From: Camelus dromedarius
Taxonomy: Eukaryota
Reading direction: 5' to 3'
Length of the DNA: 64,000 nucleotides
Assembly: GCF_036321535.1 (NCBI RefSeq)
Contig: NC_087436.1
Span: forward strand, 41,108,001 to 41,172,000
Shown: positions 12,928-27,595 of the stretch, one piece after another
Position numbering within the stretch: the stretch's first letter is position 1
How the letters are laid out: each line of letters begins with the position of its first letter
Position numbers and translations under genes: made by a program
Notes under the pieces: model-generated
Databases searched by the model: none
The model's input: only the letters and a program-made list of their open reading frames with translations
What the model was told of the DNA's origin: nothing

Positions 12928-15590
12928 TCTTGTGTAATTTCTGGGACTAGTGGGAGTTAAATTCTATCAGAATGCAGTATAATATATTGCTATCAGTATA
13001 TCCTGGGCTAGTCATTCTTAAATAACCCTATGTACAGGGCAAAAATATTCAAGAATGTTTCTTTTTTTTTTTTTTAACCTCCAGTACAAAGTTTTTTTCT
13101 TGCTTTTATTATTTGCTTTAGTTTCAAGTTTCAAATTTGTGATTCATATAAAACTATTTCAACAATGCATTCAAAGGCTCAAGAATAAGCAATCCATTAA
13201 TTATACATTACTCAGAGAGCTGAAAGCTATATGCCAGATTTACATAGATTAGGAGGAACATACTGCTTTATTTACTTCATTTCCCAAGGCAGGAGCATGT
13301 GTTTCTTTGGGATCTGAAGTTTTAAGTAAGCTTGGAAATAACTTTTTAACAGAAGCTAAAGAATTTTTTTTATTACATGTTATGCCAAGGACCTAAGGAA
13401 ATAACTTTGACCCTGGTCAGAACATAAAGTGCATATGCAGTTGGCGGAAATCCTCAGAGGCAGCAGTGTGATTGTATACGAGTGAGGTTCAACAGGGTCT
13501 AACAGTGTTATGCTCGGGATTGGTCTCACACATCCTATGAAAGATTACATCAGAGGCCAAATCACTGAATGTCAAAGCAAACAGTGGCTACAATACATGC
13601 ACTGAATTCATAATACCACTTTACAGGGGGAAAATATGCTACACATTTGCATGATAGAAAAACTAGTACTTTCTCCCAGGAGTGGCAGAACAATGGTTTA
13701 GAGAAACCCAAATGACTAATTCCTCATAGGAATGATGCATAGTTAATGCCGATTTATAATCCAAGTTGTTCATTAAATAATGGTTGACTTAATCACACCT
13801 AAGGGGGATTCTGGAAGTTATAAATACAATAAGGAAAATAAATAATTTTGACAGTTTATCAAAAATGAGAGCAATTAATGAAACCCCATCTGAGATAGAA
13901 ATGGTATTCATGTGAGAAAAGAAATTCTATCGACTGGTGATAACCAGTTTCTCTAATTCTTTACAGATATCTCTAAAATGCAATCTCTCTTTTAGTTTTG
14001 TAGCTGCAACTTAATAATTAATTTTCAGCATGTCAAAATTGATCATCAAAGGAATCACTGCAATATTTTAGCTACATATCCCAAATTATTGTTCTAAACC
14101 TAGAGAATATGTGAAAATCTTATACTTCTTCTAGTGAGGAATTTGTGTCCAATTTTTATAGCTAGGAAAAAACATACTGAGAATGAAGGACTTGTCATAT
14201 TCCTCACATTACCACAGTCAACAATTCTAACACTGCATATCACCTTTTACCCATTCTCAGCCATTCACGATGAGAAGAACTATATATTGCTTGGATCTGA
14301 GGTATCCTAAAAGAAGAACGAATCTGAAAAATTCTTCAGAGTCTTCTGAGAGAAACTGCAAAGAGTAGTATAATTATGAGAAGTGTGTTGGGATGGAGGA
14401 GTACTTAATTTTTTACCAGAATGAAAATATAACAGGATCAGTATTTGTTAATATATAAGCATTCTCAGCCCTCTTCACTAGGTTTGTTTGCTAATGTGTC
14501 TTATCCTTCAAAATCAGAAGAAAAGGAGTATAAAAAATAGGAATATAAAGACAATATTTTTCAGATATTCTCTGTTGTTGAAATCCAGATAATGGACTAA
14601 GTGGAAGAGAAAAACAAAAAATCAGGGATAGTAAATTGAGTAGAATGAAAGTATAGGTAAAGTAAAGAGACTAAAGAGAGTAAGGGAAAATTCCTGACTT
14701 ACAAACAGCTGAAGATGCTGGTGGGAAGATACTTTCAACAAGGCTCTCTACATATACTATTCATTGATACATAAACACATTGAGTGATGATGGAAGATTA
14801 CTGGCCAAATTAAAGAGCAAGAGAAAAGTTCCTCCTGTATTTAAACATTTCCAGTTAATTATGTAAATGTGCTAAACTGGAAAAGTTCCAAAGTGATTTG
14901 CCTTAATATTAGGAATATAAATTATAGTCCACATCTTATTGGCCCATTTTTTGTCAGATCTATACTGTAACAGTATGGTGGCTATATAATAATTTGTCCA
15001 AAATAGTCCATTTTAAAGACCCTTGGACTTGAAACTTGAAAAGTTTACCAATGCCTTAATTGGAATATAAACAATTTCAAGATTATACAGGCTAAAAGTT
15101 TATCATGGGTAATTTTCATTTTTCTAACTTCATTTCTGTATAAGAGTTATAAATTCTCTTGTTAGTTAGAAGACAGTTTGATTTTACCTATCTCATTTGC
15201 AATGGGTCCATAATAATAAATTGCTGACCACAACGGATCAATTTCTAAAAAACAAATACAAATGAGAACATTTTTTCTGGTACAATTTATATGTTAAAAT
15301 TCTTTTCCAATGACTTTGGACTAATGAACTTGTTTTCAAGGTGTCCAAATTTGTCAATCTTTGCAAATATTGGTATGCATGGTACTCAGAATTTACATGG
15401 TTACATTATTACTCAGTATGTATATAACAACTTCACCTCCAAACTGAGGCAGACCTTAATGGTGCTGGTTCAATTGGTTAAATATGATAAAATTTCAAAA
15501 GCAAGGTAATGTGGAAGAAAAAAGAAAACATGTATATAGCCACAAATCCAAGCTAACAGAAAAACATCCAAATCAAGATGAAAATTAATT

Positions 15591-17274
15591 GGAGATTGCT
15601 GCAAGACTGCAGAGTAGGAAGTCTCTGAGCTCACCTATCTTCATGGGCAGACCAAAATTACAGTTATTTTCACAGCAACTATTGATGAGAAAGACTGGAA
15701 TCTCCCTAAACAGATCTTCTATAACTAAAGATAAAAAGAAGAAACCACAGTGAGACAGGTAGGAGGAGAGGAGTTGCAGTATAGTCAAGACCCACACCAC
15801 TGGTGGGTGATCCACAAATGGGAGAATAATTAGTTGAAAAGGTTTTCCCTAAGGAGCAAAGAGTCTGAGCCCTGCATCAGGCTCCCCAGCTCAGGGGTTC
15901 TGCGAGGAGAAGATGAGCCCCCAGAATGTTTTGCTTTGAAGATCAGCAGGGCTTTCTTTCAGGAGTCCCAGAGGTCTGTGAGAAATAGAGACTCCACCTT
16001 TAAAAGGTGCACACAAAATTTTACATGCTATGGGACCCAAAGAAGAAGCAGTAATTTGAAAGGAGCCTATGTCAGACCCACCTGCTTATCTTGGATAGTC
16101 CCCTGGAGAGGTAAGAGAAAACAGGAGCTTACCCTGGGGACATAGACACTGGAGGCAGCCATTTTCAGGAGTTTGATCTACCACTTGGACACTGGTGCTG
16201 GCAAGAATCAACCTGGAATCCTCCTTCTAGCTTGTTAGTCCTACGATCCAACCTAACTGCTGCCCACAAGCCTGTAGCACCAATATGAGGACACCTAAGG
16301 CCAAGCAACTAGCTGGGCAGAGACACAATCCCACTCACTAGCAGCAAAAACAAACAATCCAGTAGGAAAAAAAAATGGGCAAAAGATCTGAAAAGACACT
16401 TTTCCAATGAAGGCATGCAGATGGCCAACAGGCACATGAAAAGATGCTCAACACCACTAATCATCAAAACCAAAATAAGTTAGCACCTCACATCTGTCAG
16501 AATGGATAGCATCAAAAATAACAAATGTTAGCAAAGATAGGTAGAAAAGGAAACCTTTATACACTGTTGGTGGGAATGTAAATTGGTACAGCCACTATGG
16601 AAAACATTATCGAGGCTTCTCAAAAAACTAAAAATAGAACTACCATATGACCCAGTAATTCCACTCCTGGGTATATATCCAAATAAAACAAAAATACTAA
16701 TTCAAAAAGACATATGGACCCCCATGTTTAAAGAAGCATTATACACAATGGCCAAGAAATGGTTGCAGTCAAAGTGTCCATCAGCAGATGAAAAGATATA
16801 GAAGATATGGTATATATTTACAATGGAATACTACTCAGCCATAACAAAGAATGAAATATTGCAATTTGCAACAACATGGATGAACATGGATGGTATTAAG
16901 CTTAGGGAAATTAGTCAAACAGAGAATGACAAATACTCTATGTTATCACTGACATGTGGAATCTGAAAAATAAAACAAATGAATAAATAGAACAGAACAG
17001 AAACAGACTAACAGATATAGAGAACAAACCAAGGGTTACAAGTAGGGAGAGGAAAGGAGCGAGGGGATAGAGGTAAGGGATCAAGAGGTAGAAACTACTA
17101 TGTATAAAGTAGATAAGCTACAAGGATATATTGTATAGCAGAAGGAATATAGCCAATATTTTATAACTTTAAATGAAGTATAATCTATACAAAATTTGAA
17201 TCACTATTTTGTACACCTGAAACTAATACAATTTTGTAAATCAACCATACTTCAAAAAATAAAACATATTTAAA
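15591..17274 (+). mobile_element. Internally deleted older LINE-1 (5'UTR joined to ORF2 3' end and 3'UTR; L1MA9-like)
   Basis: L1 5'UTR-like start 'ggagattgctgcaagactgcagagtaggaag'; switch at ~16345 to ORF2 C-terminal sequence (ORF 16583-16801 'VQPLWK...[16 protein letters not shown]'); 3'UTR and A-rich tail; degenerate TSD aagatgaaaattaatt (15575-15590) / aagactaaaattgatt (17275-17290), 13/16 identical. Confidence 0.8.
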
Positions 17275-17599
17275 AAGACTAAAATTGATTTAACATAAAT
17301 GTTTTATTTAAAATATGTCCAAACCTAGAAACATATTTACCATTCCACACATGTCCTACAGAAATGTAAAGATAAAAAAATAATAACTTAATAACATAAA
17401 GTAATGCAAATTGTATTACTTCCATGTAGACTAGGCAAGCCTATAGTTACTGAATTGATATAGCTGAGGCACAACTGGTATTAATGATACTATTTTTGAG
17501 GGTTGGCCATGTACATGTAAATTTAGATAAATAACGTTAGTGTTCTGGATTATTTTTGCCTCTGTAACTAACTTGTAAACATTTTCTTATATTTTCCTA

Positions 17600-17870
17600 T
17601 AAGTATTATATTAAATAATATGGAGTATTATTATTATTAAATAATTATTAAATAATTTAATAATCTGTAATTATTATTTATTTAAATTTAAAATTATTAA
17701 ATGCTTTAGTAATATTAGTAAATAATGTAATCTATATTATTAAATAATTTATCTATAATTAAATGGTAATGCCATTTATTATTAAATTATTATTAAATAA
17801 TATTATTAGATATTATATTTATATTACTAAATAACTTAATAATGATTACATAATTTAATAATCCATAGTT
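17600..17870. repeat. AT-rich low-complexity tract (TTA/TAA-based degenerate repeat)
   Basis: Almost entirely A/T with recurring 'tattattaaataat'. Confidence 0.85.
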
Positions 17871-18289
17871 AAATGGGGATGCCAACAGCTTATTTTTTTC
17901 TGCATGAAAGAAACAAGATTATAATTTATGGGTTGTTAATATTTTAAAAATTCTAAGAATGATGTAAACATCAGTTGATAGAGGAGATAGTCTATTCAGG
18001 AATAATATTAGTATATATTAAAATCAAATTGTCTTCTCACTGTGAAATGAGACTCATCAGATTTAATATCATTATGCATAATAAGAGAAAACAAGTTTAT
18101 ATATTTTATTATTCTACTTAGTTTAAAATAGTAAAAGGTATTATGGTACATAGGTTTATATTTTTCTAGTTAAGTATTACAAATTGATGCTAATACATTA
18201 CAAAATGTATTTTTCCATTAAGTTTTCCAAATTCATATGAACAAAACACAACCCCAAGGCTGGTTCTGTTTCTTCTGTGACTACTGTTC

Positions 18290-18600
18290 AGAATTCTTCC
18301 ACATCTGTGTTTCATGTAAGTGTTCATATTCCTAAACCACTACTTTCAAGCTTCTTCTCATGCTCGTTCACACTCTTCGTGGGTGAAATAATCCATAATT
18401 ATGGCTTTCACCTAAAATCTATATGGTTGGGCCAAACCACTTCCTAGAGCTCCAGATACATTTTATTTTTCCTTGTTAACTATTGGAAAGCTTATTACCC
18501 ACCTTCTCAAATCTGAAGTTTTCATCTTCCCCTCCAAAACTGCCCAGCAATCTGTGTTCCCTGTTGCTGTGAGTAGCAACATAGCTTATAAACAGTTTTA
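18290..18600. mobile_element. L2 LINE fragment
   Basis: 'cttcctagagctccagatacat', 'tcatcttcccctccaaaactgccc' resemble L2. Confidence 0.45.
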
Positions 18601-21600
18601 TCAATGATTTTAAGAATGGACCACAAAATTTCCTTTTCTAAAATCCCCTTCTTTGTTCTGAACATGTTGTTAACTTTATTAAGGTGTTTAACTTCCTCAC
18701 CTGGACCATGTGCTATAGGTGAAGTTGGCCTAGCTCCAGTTCCTGGAGGGCGGGTCCTGATTGATTTAAACCATAGTGGTGCAAGTCAAACAACCAACCA
18801 TGGGTTGAGTCTGTTCTGGGAATATGAAGCCTACTAGTAAATGAGGCATGAGGAAAACTCTTGAGTTCTATAACATAAGGATAAACTTATCTAACAGAGT
18901 TGACTGGAAAGTAATAATAAAAACAATCTGGGCATTTGATGACATTACTAAGACACTGAATTAACTAACAAGAGGACTACCATGCATTGGGACTTACTGC
19001 ATGCATTGTAAACTTGAGTCTTATTTTTTAGGTCATTATGAGTAATGTATTTGTTAATCTTAAATGAATGAAAGCACCATGATATAAATGGTCATGGCAG
19101 AAAAGTGGGAGTTATTCTCCACACCAACTTAAAAGCATTCTTCCACTGCTTTCAAAGTTACATTTTATGTATCATTTGAATGAGCTATTTCCTCTTGGCT
19201 AAAATCTGTGCTACCTTTGTTACGTTTTTAAGAGAAATTTCCTGGTATTATTGAAACAGCCTCTGAAATCCATGGACCTAATCCACTATTATAGCCTACA
19301 TCCTTTTCCAAAAAAATTTTTTTCAGGTTACTTAATATGATGAACTTCTTGAGACTATAATTCAACATTAAAAAAAATATTACTAATGCTTAGTATAGTC
19401 CTGGAAATTAATAGATATCTAGTTTCTTGAATGAACAAATGATTATGCAACAACATATGTTAAACTCTACGAAGAAAGATTGGCTTCCAACCCTTGACTT
19501 TAATGGTAATGAGTACTGAGTATAACTCTTCTATTTTGCAAATATTTTGTAACAGCTTAAGAAAAATGTTTTAATATTTGTGTCTTGTTTATATCCAATA
19601 GTACTCTAAATCCTTAAATAAACCTAGTATAGTATAAAGCAAGATGAATTTTCCATAAAGATCCTATATTTAATTTATGGTTCTTCTGCTAATTATATAT
19701 ACAATGTTCAACTATATACTTGAACAGTATAAACTCAGTCTCCATATATGTATAATAATAATAATTATACCAAATATTACATTACATGAAAATAAAATGA
19801 GAATTATATTGAACTTCTTTGAAAATGCTAAAACTGTTGTTATTAAAAGTAAAAATTCTGTAATAGAAAAAAAAATCAATGTAAATTTCCAGAAACTGCT
19901 GTGCCAATCAATGATATAATGTCTTGAGGTAATCTCAATCATCTGAGGTACATATAAAGAAAAGTAAGAAAATGAGGATTTGTAATGATCAGACCCAATA
20001 ACTTTTAAAAGCCCTCTCTCACAATTCTGTGGACTGCTTCCTCTTCTGCCCCAGCACAAATGAATTATTTGATTTTATAAAGTGCTAAACTATAAAGAGG
20101 TTGTTTGGTGATTTTCAGAGTTGTATTATAATGAAATCAGATCAATTTCTATCATCTTTCTCCTGGGAAGTCATGAATCAATAATAAACCCACTTCTACA
20201 GAAAAATAACAAATCATTGTTTAAAGGTTAGTTCTTCAGATGCCCATGAATCATATATGAGGCATCATCATAAAAGCAGTAAAGCTGATAGCATTGAACA
20301 CATCTTGATTAAATTATTACATAATATAGTTGAAGATACATATGGGCTTTGTCAGGTATGTTCTGGAGACTTAACTCAGGGAATGGAAAAACAAGCCTTT
20401 TCAGATTGAGATTCATTACAAATTGTGCATCACACTTCATCAAGCTCCTACTGAAGAGAATTTGAAAGTTGTACAGCCAAACTAGAGGCAGGACTACTTC
20501 AGAATTGATTATAGCAAGTTGGAAAAGTAGTGAATAACTTGTTTATATAACATTTAAAATACATGTGTTAAAAAGAAATTTGAAGGTAGAGAATGTACTA
20601 GAATTGATAAAATATAGAAAAAAGACAAAAAAGTAACATCTATGAAGTCTTTGCCTTTCCATATGACCATCATATCAAGCCTTATATGCACTGGTATGAA
20701 TGAATACAGAGAGATTCTGTCTGGAAATCAATTAAGGACTTAGTAGCATTGCCTATCTAATAGTGGAATAAACTTAAAATTTTGTTGATGAGACCTTGCT
20801 GAGCCAATGGACAATAAAAAGCTTCCCCCCAGCTTTTAAAAGTACTGCAAATCATATCGCTCCAGAAATATCTGAGAATTCATATTAAAGATGAGTACTC
20901 TATTAATCTCTGTTTTTAAAGCAGGAAGCATGCATGTGCCATCGACTTGAGCTTATATTGCATGGGTAAGGTAAAATGTCTCTAGTTCATCCTTGGAAAA
21001 AAATTATTTCATTAAATATTTGAACTTTTTCAGCTTTCTATTTCTTTGATGAAAATATTCACATTCTTAGTTCCTATATATGCATTTACAATCAATTGTA
21101 TTGAAGTAGAAGAGAACACAACAGATACAAATACCCTTTTGAACAGTGTGCCAGATTAATATAGAATTCTATTTGTAGTTTTGTTTGTTTATTTGCTTGC
21201 TTTTTGTTTTAACAAATTATCTATTATACAGACTAAGAACTAGGGTCTATTTTAATTGTAGCATTGTAATTCTGGCTAAAGATTGGGTTGGTTTATCTAA
21301 ATTTCATATCAATCCCATTGGTCATTTACCTATCTCTCAAAGATTTTAACAATAACAATAAGTCATAAACTTGAAGTAAAAAAAATGTACTTCTTTAAAC
21401 CATTTGTAAGCACTAACAAATTTTCTTTTTGCAACATGTTAACTGAATCTTATTTTGAAAAATATACTCCTCAAGCATAATAGCTTTTCTGAGATATTAT
21501 TCTTCATTGATTTTAAATTGCTAACAATATGCCTTTACATTAGCAAAGTCTGATTCAGTTACCAGTAAGATTCAAAATCTACGGTGTTTTATTCTGCCCA

Positions 21601-22599
21601 TTTAATGTCTGCCAACTAGAAAATTTTACTTTAATCATGATGAATGAACAAGAACTCAACTGTAAATTTTAAATAACTATGTTGTAGTAAATGCAGAATA
21701 AAAGGCATGGTTTAGAATAAGGTTGAGAGCAAACATTGATGGATAAGATTACTAAATTCACTTATGTAAGATAGAAATAATCTGTCAAAATTACACAAAC
21801 TATGTTGAATCTGTGAGAGGAAAACCAGTTAGTTGTCAAGCTGAGTAACAGATATACACCCGTTTTAGAATAAATTTCATTGTTCATTTACAAAACATTT
21901 CATCAATGATGTTTGATTTCTTGCCTGTACTGATGCTTAAAACAAAAAGATATCTAGATAATCAACATTCCTACTCAAAACATATAAACATGACAATATT
22001 CTAGATTTTGATCATTTAAAAAAATGTACACATTGCCATTATTTTCAAAACTGCAAGTCAAAATATTTCTAAAGTAATGAAATAAAGATATTTCTATGAT
22101 ATTCTACTTTCTGAAATTAGCCGAACATAACAAAAATAACATAACTAAGCTCTGACGTGCACACGTGTTCTGAAACAAATAAGGTAAGATCTCTGAAGGA
22201 CACATTTCTAGAGATCTCGTCTCTCATGCAAAATTCTTTGAAGCCATAAAGTACAACCACTGATTTATTACATGAAATAGCATGGGAAATTGTTCTTCTA
22301 AGTCATCTCAGAAGTAAACTACACATTGAAGTGTAAGAATAGTGCCATATCAACATAACAAACCAGGCAAGCACACCATGTTCACAGGGATAGGAAAGCA
22401 GGACTACTCTAGACGTCTCTTCAACTACTAGAATGGCTCGAGGTGAAAAGTGATGAAAAACCAAACCAAAACAAACCAAACCAACCTTATCCAACTAGCA
22501 TGAAGAAAGTGTTTAAAACAAAAGGTTTTACTAAATTGAATAGTTATTGCCTGAGAACAATACGAATACCATAATGAGTTCAATAACTCAGGATTGCAT

Positions 22600-24600
22600 A
22601 ATTACCTCTAACGACATTTAGGTGGGTTAATCACAAGCAAAAATCCCTTAATTATTAGTTCAACATCCAAAGTCAAACATAGGGAGTTTTATGACCATCA
22701 GAGGGCTTAGATGGCTGAATAAAACACTCATTCTGTGATCCTTCTGATACCTGATTTGAAACATGAAGTGACTTGATGGATAACATGAGATTGCATATGT
22801 GAGACTGACTCACTTATGGAAGAGTACAGATCCAAGAACTTACTATGTGGGAGGATCTGGGTTACTCAGTGTTCTCAACTCTCCAGCTTCCATGTACACT
22901 GAGGCCACTTTGCCAGAAGAGGCAGTGATGCTTCCCTTGAATGAAGAAGCTCATCTCTTTAATAACTAAGAATTCCCTCACCTAAGGAAGCTTCCTTGTA
23001 GTGGAAGGCTGATTCTCCCCATGCCCCTCTTCCCCATTGCCTCTATGTCTACCATTAGAATCAGATATCAGCCTGTCTCTGGGAGATGTATAAACACAAG
23101 GAAGGTTAAAAATACAAACATTAGAAAATCACTGTGTGTAAATAAATTCTGAGGATGCTAGAAATAAAAGAGAGAGAATATTATATTTTTACATTGGAGT
23201 AAATTTTAAGAAATGAATGTCTTTGCCCATAATCTGAATTCAGTAGATCACTTGGAACACAAGAATGTGGTTTGAATTATTCATTCTTTACTTGATAGCT
23301 AAGTGGAACATAGCCTTAAAGAAGATAGATTAGAGAAATAATTAATTAGAGGAAACAAAAGATTTGGGGATATAGCCACCTGTACCCAAACTATGCTTCT
23401 GTGCTTGAGGAGAGAGCTCAGAAGATAATAAAATCATCAAATTCTTGAAGAACATATTACTAAGGGGAACAATATTTGCATACACACATATATACATATA
23501 TGTGTACATATCTACTTATTTATACACACACATACACACACATATATCTTTCTTGGTTATTTTCTGTGGGTTCGTGATGCTGCTGGGAGATTGTGTTATT
23601 AAAATCTTCTCCCAGACTTTAGTAGAAAGATACAACCTGGGGCAACTGAGACCACATACTTGTACTTTAGTGCCAGACAGTGGATTCCAAAAGAGGTAGA
23701 ACTGGTTATTCAGAAGGATTATATCAGAAGGAATCATTAATGTTGCTTAATTGTGTACAGGGTCTCTGGATTGAAACAAATGGTCAGCTCACTTGTTCTT
23801 CTTATAAATGGTATACCTGACATTATTTCATCCATGTGAATGGTAGCCTAATCTAGGAATCAAAGATTAGAATTATGGACTCTTTCATAGTTTCCAGAAT
23901 TAAACAAGTGCAGATATTTCAGGATCTGTTTAAAGAAGTAAATGTTTGGTGTATTATTGGAAAGCGTATCTTCCAATAAACTTGCAAGCATATTCTAAGT
24001 TTTCTTTTACATTCCAGATTTATATGAATCAACAGTGAAAAACTATACAAAGAGTTCACAAGTTGGGCACTCATCTAGAATGAATTATGCTTTCAAACAC
24101 ATAATACAATAATAAGCTTAGTTCCAGAGTTTCTCCCTGATTCTCCTGGGCTATGCAGTCCAAATTTCATCTTGGAAAGAATGACCTACCTGCTTTATAG
24201 GAGTGTCAGAAAGCTGTCAAGGTTGAAGTGAGTACAATGTATTTCTACCTTATTTTGTGATCCACTGATAGAGTCACTAAACAGAGTTAAAATATTGCGC
24301 TATTTTTATGCAAAGCAAAATGGAAGTCAAGCACAAGGCTTTGGAAAAGAGAAACAATGTTGGCAAAAATAGCTCTTTCATCAGAAGGTGAACCATCTTC
24401 CTCCTTACACTCAGAAAAAAAGAGTAGAGCACATCTATCTTGAGAATGTATCCAAGTAGAATATAAATAGGAAGTTCTCATGTCAATAAAGAAATAGAGT
24501 ACAGCCAATGCTGGTCTTAACTGTGTTGCTTATGGTAAACTGAGGGTGGTAAACTCTTAGTGAGTATAAAACAGTTATTTGATCCCGCCAAAATTTTTGC
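22600..24600 (+). mobile_element. Highly degenerate ERVL/MaLR internal (gag-derived) sequence
   Basis: 'gccactttgccagaagaggcag...gctgattctccccatgcccctcttccccattgcctctatgtctaccattagaatcagatatcagc' resembles ERVL-class gag region; no ORF. Boundaries uncertain. Confidence 0.45.
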
Positions 24601-26299
24601 ATGGAACTACTAGAGTAGATTACAACTGAATAGAATAAATTGAAATAGAATCACTGTGGTACAAATAATATTTTAAATATTCGTTGGGCTATTAGAAATG
24701 CACTATATTAGTTATAATTATAAAAAATTGAGATTGTTCCTATAGGCTATGAAAATAATTCCTATCATATTTCACAAAAATAATTTTGAATTCTTGAATT
24801 TAAAGTATTACACTGCACATGTTAGTTTGATTCCAGAGCTAAATAGTGACAACTAATCGATGAAAAATAAATGAACATTAATATTATAAGACTCCTTCAA
24901 CACTTTGTTTATAGCACCATTAAAACAAGCTAGATATTGCATTTAAAGAATCAATATGGTGATATGGAAATTATGAGGCTAATACTTTAAATTTTTAGTG
25001 TGATGAATAGTTGTTAAATATTTATTCCTTGATGATTTACCTCCTTGATTAGTTTGCAAAAGTTATTCCACTTTAAAAAAAAATGAGCAATCTGGACATA
25101 TCGATTTCCTTTACATTGGACTATACAGACATTCTCTAAGGTTGGACAAAGAAAAAAAGGAAAAAAGGTCATCCAGGAAAAAAAAAAGAAGGAAGATGAA
25201 TTTTAGTTTATTCTGTGTTATGAATTTTGAAGCAGTACAGGATAAAAGAATGAAGGGGGAAAATGCTGGTGGCCTTTGTTTTAAATGTTCAGTTACTTGA
25301 CATTTAACATCTTACACCATGCTCTTTGGTTTAGTTATAGAATTGTAAATACGTAACTTTCTTCTGTGCCTTGGCTAACTTTCAAATTTATTCCATTATC
25401 TTCTACATTAAAATATACAATGTTTGCTATCTTTAAAGTATTTACAATTATAGAAAGAGATTTAAAGAAGATACTTTTTGTAGACTATTATCTATTATAT
25501 TCAGAAATACTATTTATAGAAATATCCCTGAAGGTCATGAAATCTTATTGGCTTTGTTTGTGATCCTTTTGGATACAGACTACAGAAATTGCTCTGGTTT
25601 CTCCTATAATCCTCAGTGTTCAATGTCACCTCATTTTTTCCTTTTATTCACATGTAAAAGAGAAAAATAAGTTATATAAGTCTAATATGCCCAAGTCATT
25701 CTATTTGCAAGAATAAATACAATTTTTATTTAATTATATAAAAGAAAGAGGATAACAATGAACAGATGAGGCTTTGAGAAGTTCTGAGAAATCTGTGCAG
25801 AAGCCCTGAGAAGAGAACATAGGGCGACCTTAAATATACCTTAGTCTTCACTGAAGACTCCTTTGCCTCCAGTCCCTGAGGTACAACAGAAACATTCTGG
25901 GATTTTTAACAAATAAATTGAAATCCTAGTTTGGGAAAAGTTCAAACTGACTTGGAAAAGAAGAAAAACTATTTGAAATTTCTTATTCAAGTGAACCTAC
26001 TAGCTGAAAACTTGGATGGCACACACACACAAAATAATGGTATAATCTTTTATAATGGTAAAAAAGACTTGATGCCTCTTAAGTTCTTAAAAAATAATCT
26101 CAAGATATTTAAGAAAATTGGTTCCCATTTTTAAAACCATAATATTCCAAATAAATCTTCAGCCTGATAATGTACTGTTTATTTTCTTCTTAGTCAGAAT
26201 TTTTTTCCTGAATATTTATCTATATAACAATTATTTTACATTTCTAATTTTTATTTCCATATTTCAACATTCTAGCTTAAATACATTAATATATTGACA

Positions 26300-26660
26300 C
26301 TTCAACAGTTCAAAGCAATTCTGATGCTAACTAGTTAGTGTAGAACCCACAAGTCAAGGGCATGATCCCCAAAAAGACTGCTCTCAGTTCAGATGTCAGC
26401 TGCAAATTTGAGAGTCCCCAGGCCACCTGCTCTTCTAAGCAACTGGCTACAAAAGCAGGAAGATTCCATTCCCTTATTTTCAACAAGTCACTGGAAAGAC
26501 ATACAACTTAGGAAAGCACTGTACTAATTATTACAATTGTATTATAAAGGATACACAACAGGAGCAAGCAAATGAAGAAACAAATAGGGCACAATTTGGA
26601 AGAGTTGCAAGCTAGCTGCTTCTGTACCCTCTCCCCATGGAATAGGGACACATTCTAAAT
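26300..26660. mobile_element. MER21-like LTR fragment
   Basis: 'caattctgatgctaac...aagactgctctcagttcagatgtcagctgcaa...gtccccaggccacctgctcttctaagcaactggctacaaa' matches MER21 as recalled. Confidence 0.7.
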
Positions 26661-26799
26661 CTGAGATCTTGAGGGCAAGTTGAATTTGTGTACAGCCTTT
26701 CTGTTTGGGGAAATGATAAACCACTAGTTCTGTGGTTTTAGTATAACTACTCCTGACAGGGTAAGAGCTCTATTCCTTAGATGATAATTTTCAGGTAAA

Positions 26800-27595
26800 C
26801 CAGAGAAGACTCCTTCTTAATTTACTCTACAATCCTATCTGCTGCCACACTTAACACCACAGAAGTTTATTTCTCAAGTCAAATCAGCACCTTAGAGGTA
26901 CACTGCTCCATGAAACCACTCAGCAAATCATGTTGATAAAAGCCTTGACCTCTTCAACGTGTGGCTTTCACTGTAGCTCTGGGTATTGACATCCAACTGG
27001 CAAATGTGTTTAAGAGGTAGAGTGAAAGATTATGAGCCAGATTTAGAAGTGTTGTATATTACATATGCCAACTTTTCATTAGTCAGGAACAAGGAATGGT
27101 TTTGGTAAAGAGGAAGTTAGTCTCTGTGAATTAGTTATCTAACTCTACATAACTTATTTCCCCTAAATTTGGTAGCTTAAAAACATAAATATTTATTATC
27201 TCATATTTTCTATGGGTCAGGAATCCGGGACCAGCTTATCTGGGTTCTCTAGTTCAAGGTCTTTCACGAGGCTTCAGTTAACTTGTCAGTCAAGACTTCA
27301 GTCATCTCGAGACTCCTATGGGGAGATCCATTTTCAGCTCATGATATTTGTCTCTGAATATATTCACATGGACCTCCCCAAAAGGCTGTTTCAAGACAAA
27401 GCATCTGACTTTCTCAAGTAAATAAAAGCAATTTAAGAGACAGCTATACAAATTAGGAGGAAGCCATAGTCTTCCTGTACTTTAATCTCAGAGGTAAAAA
27501 TCCCATCATTTCTGCCACAGTGTATTCATTAGAAGCATGTTAATATGTCTAGCCCGTACTCAACAAGAGGGAATTACACATGCTCTGAAATATAT
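26800..27595 (-). mobile_element. MaLR LTR fragments (MLT1 family; clearest copy ~27125-27595)
   Basis: 'tagcttaaaaacataaatatttattatctcatattttctatgggtcaggaatccggga', 'catcatttctgccacagtgtattcattagaagc'. Confidence 0.7.

Noticed and set aside
15834..16145. 103-aa ORF
   Set aside because: It falls within L1 5'UTR-like sequence, has a non-ATG start and no recognisable homology.
17600..17870. AT-rich repeated motifs as a CRISPR-like or structured array
   Set aside because: Low-complexity sequence with no fixed repeat-spacer periodicity, in a mammalian context.
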